Positions 57,803-64,000 of a DNA stretch of 64,000 nt are shown here, one piece after another. A program made the position numbers and the translations under genes. Positions within the stretch are counted from its first letter, which is position 1. Each line of letters begins with the position of its first letter. Origin of the DNA: Candidatus Omnitrophota bacterium (GTDB taxonomy: Bacteria > Omnitrophota > Gorgyraeia > S143-82); contig WGBD01000001.1 in the NCBI GenBank assembly GCA_015494465.1, positions 116,477 through 180,476 of the forward strand, given 5' to 3'. The notes under the pieces were generated by a model, which did no database searches, was not told where the DNA came from, and worked only from the letters and a program-made list of their open reading frames with translations.

Positions 57803-59981
57803 CCTTTGGCGTAAATACGGACTTGTCTAACTTGATCCCCCGTCGCAACATCTCGTCGTAAAAACTGGGGATGTACCCAGTAGCGGTAAACTCTCCTAAT
57901 ATTCTCCCATCCTCATCTACGCCCGTCTGGACGAACACAAAGACATCTTCCATCCTAACGGTCATCATGTCCTCTTCCAGACCGGTCAATTCCGATATCT
58001 TCATGACCTTCCTAGAGCCATCGCTCAACCTAGCGGTATGGACCACGACATCTATGGCCGAGGCGACCATCTCCCTTATCGCCCGGATGGGCAGTTCCAC
58101 CCCACTCATGAGGATCATAGAGTCCAATCGGGCGATGACATCTTGAGGAGAATTGGCGTGTACCGTGGTCAGGGATCCGTCGTGTCCGGTGTTCATGGCC
58201 TGAAGCATGTCTAATGCCTCTACACTTCGGCACTCGCCTATGATTATTCTATCCGGCCGCATCCTTAATGTATTGCGAAAGAGGTCGCGTATAGTTATTT
58301 CACCTTTACCCTCTATATTTGGAGGCCTGCTTTCCAACCGCACCCAGTGCTCCTGGTGAAGCCTAAGCTCTGCTGCATCTTCAATGGTCACGATCCTTTC
58401 GTGGTCCGGTATGAATTGGGAAAATGCATTCAAGACCGTGGTCTTACCCGAGCCAGTCCCTCCGGATATTACCATGTTCTTCCTGGCGATAATACAGGCC
58501 TTTAAGAACTCTGCCATCTCTGGGGTCAGGGTGCCAAAGCGGATGAGATCTTGTGCGGTATACCGCTCCTTGCCAAACTTACGAATCGTAAGCATCGGGC
58601 CATTCAGGGAAAGGGGAGGGATGATCGCGTTGACCCTGGAACCGTCCGGCAAGCGCGCGTCCACCATTGGAACCGACTCGTCAATTCTCCTACCCAAAGG
58701 CGCGATGATACGCTCTATTATCTGCACGACCTGCTCGTTGGATATAAACTTTTTATCCTCCACCTTCTGCAGTTTCCCAAACTTTTCGATGTAAATCTGA
58801 TCCTTGTTGTTGACCATTATGTCGGTGATGTCGGGATCCTTGAGGAGGTCCTCCAGTGGGCCAAATCCTAAGGCCTCGTCTGCTATCTCCTTCACCAGCC
58901 TAGCCCGAATCTCGTAGTCCTCTAAGGATCCCCCCAACTCCTCTGCCAATATCTCCCCAATCATCCGCTCGGTATTCGCCCTCAGCTCGTGCCTTGCAGA
59001 GGTCTCTATCTTCAAGAAGTCCAATTTGCGTAGCTCCATCCTCTCCACCAGCTTCAAGTGCACCCGCTTTTTGAGGCTGACGACCTCGTCCACCTGTTCC
59101 TTCTTCTCCACATCCGACTCAAACCCATACTCTCGCCAGAAAGACACCAGGGCAGAGACCTCTTCTTCCTCTACCTCCACATCGGATAAGCTCCTCTTGG
59201 GCACATAAAGGTCTTCATCCTTTAGCAGGAGTTCAGCCAATCTGGTAACCGCCATACCCACCTTACTGTTGGGCTCGTACATCACGACCGGGATACCAAA
59301 ATTCAGGGCCTCTCCTACCACCCGTCCTTCACTAGGGATCTGGGCTATTATGTCCAGAGGAAGGATCGTCTTTATCTCCTTAAGACCCACACCTCCTTTA
59401 CTTGCAGACCTATTGAGGACTCCCTTCACTAGCTCTTTAGGGAGAAACAGTCCTGCTAATGTGCTCAACATCTCCTTTGATTGGTAAACGGAAAGCAAAT
59501 CAGGCAATACCACATCTATTACCAGATTAGCCAGATCCAAGAGCTTAGCCGAAAACCCCACCAAGTTATGACCGCCATCTACGACCACGAAGTCGTACAG
59601 TTCACCTAGCCTCTTGAGAAGATGGCGAGGGTCTACCCGCTCCAGCAAGGGCAGATCCCCAGGCTTCAGGATTACGGGGATGTACTCTAACTTAGAATTG
59701 TGCTGTAGCCTGTATTCAGAGAAATACCTGCTCAACTTCTCTAGGGATACATCTGGGCTGAGATCCTGATGATCCACATAAAAGTTGAGGAAAGAGCGGG
59801 CAGGGAAAAGCCCCAGCAATCTCGCAGGATCGCCAACTATCGGTAGGCTAGAATCTATCAAGAGGACTCTGGCACCGGATAACGAGAGAGCAACCGCGGT
59901 ATTCGTGGCCAGGAACGATACGCCTACCCCGCCCTTAAAGCTAAAGAAATAGACGAACTTGGCCATCTCACTGGAAGACAA
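57768..59981 (-). CDS. fused CpaE/TadZ-like (MinD/ParA-fold, atypical Walker A) and CpaF/TadA secretion ATPase
   Basis: N-terminus SFKGGVGVSFLATN has a deviant Walker A lacking the catalytic Lys/Thr, as in TadZ. The C-terminal 400 aa are a VirB11/CpaF ATPase (GGTGSGKTT Walker A, IIGECR, GHDGSLTTVHA His box). Confidence 0.75.
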   Translation of the reverse strand: MSSSEMAKFVYFFSFKGGVGVSFLATNTAVALSLSGARVLLIDSSLPIVGDPARLLGLFPARSFLNFYVDHQDLSPDVSLEKLSRYFSEYRLQHNSKLEYIPVILKPGDLPLLERVDPRHLLKRLGELYDFVVVDGGHNLVGFSAKLLDLANLVIDVVLPDLLSVYQSKEMLSTLAGLFLPKELVKGVLNRSASKGGVGLKEIKTILPLDIIAQIPSEGRVVGEALNFGIPVVMYEPNSKVGMAVTRLAELLLKDEDLYVPKRSLSDVEVEEEEVSALVSFWREYGFESDVEKKEQVDEVVSLKKRVHLKLVERMELRKLDFLKIETSARHELRANTERMIGEILAEELGGSLEDYEIRARLVKEIADEALGFGPLEDLLKDPDITDIMVNNKDQIYIEKFGKLQKVEDKKFISNEQVVQIIERIIAPLGRRIDESVPMVDARLPDGSRVNAIIPPLSLNGPMLTIRKFGKERYTAQDLIRFGTLTPEMAEFLKACIIARKNMVISGGTGSGKTTVLNAFSQFIPDHERIVTIEDAAELRLHQEHWVRLESRPPNIEGKGEITIRDLFRNTLRMRPDRIIIGECRSVEALDMLQAMNTGHDGSLTTVHANSPQDVIARLDSMILMSGVELPIRAIREMVASAIDVVVHTARLSDGSRKVMKISELTGLEEDMMTVRMEDVFVFVQTGVDEDGRILGEFTATGYIPSFYDEMLRRGIKLDKSVFTPKDVFYEINKKGG

Positions 59982-61527
59982 AGGGCAAGTCTAACCAGAC
60001 TACATCCAGATCCGTACCCTCTGGCAAAGGCGGAAGAGGTTGAATGTCTCGGGCGATGTTCAATGCTATGCGCTCGAGTCTCTTGTCCCCCGGTGACTCC
60101 TTTATGACGACATTCTCAACGCTCCCATCCTCTCGCACCTTCAGGCTTACCACCACCTTACCTTTCGCGTCCACAAGGGGATACCTCCTCAGCTCCTCTC
60201 TCACCTTTCGTAACACATACTTGGCATAATCCTCTATATCCTTAATGGCAGGTCCATCTTCGCCATCTTGACTCGATCCCGCCGCCTTTCCCGCCTTATA
60301 CTCCGATACTTCTCCCACATCTCCTTGGGATACAAGTCCCAGAATCTCCGGGGTAATGGTAATCACCAATTCGGTCTCGGAAGAGGTGATGTCTTTAGAC
60401 CTGAAGAACTCGCCTATTATCGGCAGTTTCGACAAACCGAATAAGGCAGATCTGTTCTCCCCTTTCTTTCTCTGCAACAATCCCCCTATCACCACCGTTT
60501 GGCCGTCCTTCAGCGTAATCTCTGTCTCCGCCTGGCGGGAAACAAATGCCGGTACCGAATAAACTGCATTGGTGGTATCCGTAGCGATGTTAACCGTAGT
60601 AGAGTGCACAGGGTCTATGTCTGAAACCTCACACTTTATCTTGAGGTCCAGGCCTTCGCGAATTATGGTCGGCGTCATGTCCAATATCACCCCGTAAGGT
60701 TTATACTCCACACTGGCGGTATTATCCTCGTAAGTGACGATCGGTATCTCTCCTCCTACCACTATCTTGGCGGGCTTACCATTTGCGGCCATTATGTTTG
60801 GCCGGGCCAAGACCTTACCCTTGTGATTGGTCTCCAAGGCCCTTATCAATATAGACAAGTCGTTCCTCTCCCATATGTTAAACCTAATAGCCCCTCGGGA
60901 AAAGGGAAGACCATTGCCTGACTCATCCTCAACATCTTGTCCTATAGCGGTAAGGCGCAACTCTTGAGGCCAGGAGATGCCAAATCCCTTATTGAGGTCC
61001 GTACCCACCTCCAGCACATTTAGAGATAACCTGATACTATCCTTTACACTTGCCTCGTGGACCAGGTTTACCAACACCTGACTACCCAAAGCGCTTACCG
61101 CTTGTTCCACCCTATTCATCTCCTCATGGCTAAAGACCGTACCGCTGAGAAGGAGCAGTCCACTTTCTTTATCTAGTTTGAGGCTCACCTTTTTATCCAA
61201 TCCCAGTGCAGAGAGAATCCTTTTCAGTTTCTTGTACTGGAGCTCCACATCCTCCTCCCACACCACCACCTCGTATTTTCTCTCTTGTCCATCTGAGCCC
61301 ACAATTACTAGATCCGTCCGCCCGGATTCCTTTCCCGTGAGCAAAACATCCGTCTCGTCCACAGTAACATCCAGGACCGCTGGATTGGAAATAGATATCT
61401 GGGTAGGGACCTCCTCTAGCTTGAGGGGAACCGTCTCACCCTTAACGAGGTACAAGACCCCTGCTTGAGCAAAAGGAGCCATAAGGAAAAATAATCCAAT
61501 CACCCCCGCACAGAGACGGGAAATCAT
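59968..61527 (-). CDS. secretin (CpaC/RcpA-like) with a C-terminal TonB_C-like domain
   Basis: Signal peptide, N-terminal BON/pilus-formation-like domain, and secretin core (ARPNIMAANGKPAKIVVGGEIPI...GLSKLPIIGEFFRSK...ELVITITPEI). The C-terminal ~90 aa (YVLRKV..YPLVDAKGKVVVSLKVREDGSVENVVIKESPGDKRLERIALNIARDIQPLPPLPEG) resemble a TonB C-terminal domain. Confidence 0.7.
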   Translation of the reverse strand: MISRLCAGVIGLFFLMAPFAQAGVLYLVKGETVPLKLEEVPTQISISNPAVLDVTVDETDVLLTGKESGRTDLVIVGSDGQERKYEVVVWEEDVELQYKKLKRILSALGLDKKVSLKLDKESGLLLLSGTVFSHEEMNRVEQAVSALGSQVLVNLVHEASVKDSIRLSLNVLEVGTDLNKGFGISWPQELRLTAIGQDVEDESGNGLPFSRGAIRFNIWERNDLSILIRALETNHKGKVLARPNIMAANGKPAKIVVGGEIPIVTYEDNTASVEYKPYGVILDMTPTIIREGLDLKIKCEVSDIDPVHSTTVNIATDTTNAVYSVPAFVSRQAETEITLKDGQTVVIGGLLQRKKGENRSALFGLSKLPIIGEFFRSKDITSSETELVITITPEILGLVSQGDVGEVSEYKAGKAAGSSQDGEDGPAIKDIEDYAKYVLRKVREELRRYPLVDAKGKVVVSLKVREDGSVENVVIKESPGDKRLERIALNIARDIQPLPPLPEGTDLDVVWLDLPFVFQ

Positions 61528-62813
61528 AAGCCTCCCCCTTTTATTGGTCTGTATCTCTCGAAAGGAGAAATCAATTCATCCTCACTCTCGCTTAATCTCT
61601 CCTCGAATTCCTTCCCTTCTTCGGACTCTTTCTCCTCCGTGGATCTTACCTCTGTCCCTTCCTCCTCATCCTTCTGCTCTCCAGATCCCTCTTCGCTCGT
61701 CAAGAGGGCCTTCTTAAACATGGACAAGATCTTTTGGCCCATCTCTTTATCCCTGCTCTCCCTGACTTGGGGAATACTTTCCCTGTCCGGTCTTTCGGTC
61801 TCCCCTTTTAGGAGAATCTCCTTCACTTCCACGACCCCACCTTTTCTTATCTTTATGGTACGGGTAGCAGGCTTGGGAGCAACTCTTTGCCCCATAAGCT
61901 GTAGGGCCTGCTTCGCCTTCTCGGCTTGCTCCTTTGCCTTTGCCATCTCGCTCGCCTGCTTCAGCAGTTCCGGGATTGCATACTGGAGCACTGCATCAAC
62001 AGTAACAGGAGGGATCCTCGTCTCGTCTGTGTCCAGACGCGAACGAGGGAATATCCTTATGCTCCCCAATTGAGAGGCCATGAGCAAGATTGCAGCGTCC
62101 CTAGGGGGTAAAGCGAAGGTCAAAGTCCCTTGATTAGGATTAAATGGAACCCTCTCTTTGCCCTCGTCGTCCCTCCTTTTTCTTATACTTCTCGAACTCT
62201 CTTTCCCTTTAGGGCCTCTACTTGCGTAAAAGACGCCATTTACTGCCTTTATCTCCACATTGGAAAACAGACCAGCGGTCACCATCTGGGAGGGCGGGAG
62301 ATTGAACATCAAAGCGATGTCCACCTTGTCACCTGGCTTTATAAATCTAAACAGGTCGAGCTGTTGGACCTGCACCGTAACCAGGCGTCTACCCAGAGGA
62401 ATGACCTGCCGGCGCAGGACATCGGGAGAGACCAACCTGGGCATCAATACCTGCTCTCCCTTAACTAGATCAACCGTTACTAGTTTCCCTATCACCGCAT
62501 CCAGAGACCCCGCAGAGGCAGGCAACTTCCGGGAGCGAGGGACCATTATCTCCTCCACCATCTCCGAGGTAAGGATGGTCCCTGCCTTGATGTCTTCCTT
62601 CGCCACCACCACCGGCACCTTTGCCTCTACCCGTTTGGTCGCGGTCATCCGCCTCAATTCGTCACTTAACCTCTGAAGCTGTTGCTGTTGTTGATATAGC
62701 CGTTGTTGCAAGATCATCGCCCGCTGGCGTTCCCTCTGGAAATAGACATAGGCGATCGAGGCAGCCAATATACCCGAAACGATGGCGAGAATTAATGGAA
62801 GGTTTCTACCCAT
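61524..62813 (-). CDS. cpaB: CpaB/RcpC-like Flp pilus assembly protein (TM, SAF domain) with a long acidic Lys/Glu-rich C-terminal tail
   Basis: N-terminal TM LILAIVSGILAASIAYVYF, SAF-like VPVVVAKEDIKAGTILTSEMV, RcpC-like beta region; the last ~110 aa are low-complexity E/K-rich. Confidence 0.6.
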   Translation of the reverse strand: MGRNLPLILAIVSGILAASIAYVYFQRERQRAMILQQRLYQQQQQLQRLSDELRRMTATKRVEAKVPVVVAKEDIKAGTILTSEMVEEIMVPRSRKLPASAGSLDAVIGKLVTVDLVKGEQVLMPRLVSPDVLRRQVIPLGRRLVTVQVQQLDLFRFIKPGDKVDIALMFNLPPSQMVTAGLFSNVEIKAVNGVFYASRGPKGKESSRSIRKRRDDEGKERVPFNPNQGTLTFALPPRDAAILLMASQLGSIRIFPRSRLDTDETRIPPVTVDAVLQYAIPELLKQASEMAKAKEQAEKAKQALQLMGQRVAPKPATRTIKIRKGGVVEVKEILLKGETERPDRESIPQVRESRDKEMGQKILSMFKKALLTSEEGSGEQKDEEEGTEVRSTEEKESEEGKEFEERLSESEDELISPFERYRPIKGGGL

Positions 62814-62878
62814 TAGCCCTCTCCTTTACCCCCCACTCGAATCAACCGTTAACGCTCATCTATATTTTAAGGGGGAAT

Positions 62879-64000
62879 TTACAAATTTTCAAAATGTTTC
62901 TCTATGGAAGATTCATAATGCGATCTCACAGAATCCACTATCTTCTTTATTCTCTCTGCGTTTTCAAGGTCTTTATATGCCCGTTCCAACGCCTGCCTGA
63001 GCTGCGCAGGCAACTCTTCCCAACTGACAAGCGAATATTTCTTTTCCTTGGGTAAAAAGAAAAGATATACTTTATCCCCAATAGCAAGTCTCACCGGATC
63101 AGACCCTACCGGAACAGAGGAAATAAGATTAAAATACGCATTTATTTCCTCCAGTCTCTGCTTAATCTTCCTCTTTTCTCCTTCATCCTTGGCATCCGCT
63201 AATCTAGCCTGTAAATCCTGCAACTCTTTCACAAGAGATGCGGTACTGACGCGCTCTACATATGCTGGCCCCATTGTCTCTCTGGCAACGCTTCTGAAGG
63301 CCTCTTTAGCATCGCCATTATTCTGCGCTTTCTCCTGATAAAAACGCCCCATTACCGCATCCGCCTGAGAAGACGAATCAACCTCTATCTTCCATATGGT
63401 TGTCCTCCAATCCACCATATAATCGAGGATTGGAAATCCCAAACGGGTAGCAATCTTGGCCAATTCCGTATTAAGGAAATTCTCATAATTTGGGGAGTTG
63501 GATTCTAAATCCATTCGCAGGGCATCCAGTGCCCGATTATACATATCCCTGACATCATCCTCAGCTACTTCCGTGGTACTTCCTTCCTCCTGAAGCATTT
63601 TATTCGTAGAAAGCATTAAACCATAAATCTTCTGCATTGACTTTACATCCGGATACTTATTATATCCTCGTTCTATAGCGGCAACTGCAGCCAGCATACT
63701 CTTAACAAACTCGTCGTACACGGACTTTTTCTTATCTTCCGGCAACCCGAGAAAAGAGTCCTTAGCACTATCAGGAGGAACATTTGCATTCAAGGCATAC
63801 CAAGCGTAAAAATCGTCTACTGTAAATGTATAGGGACCTACTTTTAATGCTATTTTATCGGCTGGCAGAGAAGTGGACGATCCTTTTGCTGAGGGAGATG
63901 TTGCAGAAGAGACCGATTGTTCCACATTACTCTGGGTGCCTAAAACACCTTTATCGGCATTTTTGCCACACCCCCCAAGAACGAAAAGGATCGGCAAGAA
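62879..64000 (-). CDS. putative lipoprotein, hypothetical (5' end possibly beyond the window)
   Basis: Lipobox LFVLGGCGK at the N-terminus with C at the +1 position. The upstream hydrophobic signal region runs to the window edge. K/E/N/S-rich, and about 43% GC versus about 57% for the flanks. Confidence 0.5.
   Translation of the reverse strand, partial: FLPILFVLGGCGKNADKGVLGTQSNVEQSVSSATSPSAKGSSTSLPADKIALKVGPYTFTVDDFYAWYALNANVPPDSAKDSFLGLPEDKKKSVYDEFVKSMLAAVAAIERGYNKYPDVKSMQKIYGLMLSTNKMLQEEGSTTEVAEDDVRDMYNRALDALRMDLESNSPNYENFLNTELAKIATRLGFPILDYMVDWRTTIWKIEVDSSSQADAVMGRFYQEKAQNNGDAKEAFRSVARETMGPAYVERVSTASLVKELQDLQARLADAKDEGEKRKIKQRLEEINAYFNLISSVPVGSDPVRLAIGDKVYLFFLPKEKKYSLVSWEELPAQLRQALERAYKDLENAERIKKIVDSVRSHYESSIEKHFENL

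Noticed and set aside
1-64000. CRISPR arrays, IS elements, integrases, phage genes
   Set aside because: I found no regularly spaced direct repeats, no transposase or integrase-like ORFs, and no terminal inverted repeats. The low-GC islet at 38.9-44.2 kb lacks mobility genes.

Overview
This is a densely packed bacterial chromosomal segment of roughly 57% GC. About 65 genes sit almost back to back, and most are on the minus strand. I saw no rRNA, no CRISPR array and no obvious transposase or integrase. Most of the window is housekeeping: leuC (partial), glgC, ilvC, ilvD, class II aldolase, recJ, acpS, panB, lysS, hflKC, trxA, nadA, mnmA, cysE, rph, fmt and rtcB. There are three tRNAs (Ser-GGA, Leu-GAG, Val-GAC). 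Accessory content: an exopolysaccharide/PEP-CTERM block at 20-24 kb and 29-31 kb (GT2 x2, GT4 x2, O-antigen-ligase-like protein, polysaccharide deacetylase, PEP-CTERM protein). A low-GC islet at 38.9-44.2 kb abuts two tRNA genes; it holds a large polytopic membrane protein, a hypothetical protein, a histidine kinase and a REC-GGDEF regulator. A fused partner-switching module pairs a CHASE2-PP2C phosphatase with a STAS-HATPase fusion. The most unusual part is a Tad/Cpa-like pilus or secretion locus at 53-64 kb. It has a fused CpaE(TadZ)-CpaF(TadA) ATPase, a secretin whose C-terminus looks like a TonB C-terminal domain, CpaB, a separate GspE-like ATPase, DUF192, a BNR-like beta-propeller protein and DUF502. 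I see no TadB/TadC platform genes or Flp pilin within the window. Other oddities are a FeoA-FeoB-like fusion with a degenerate G-domain and a PriA homolog that has lost its Walker A/B motifs. All calls are made by eye from translated sequence and motifs; no database searches were run.
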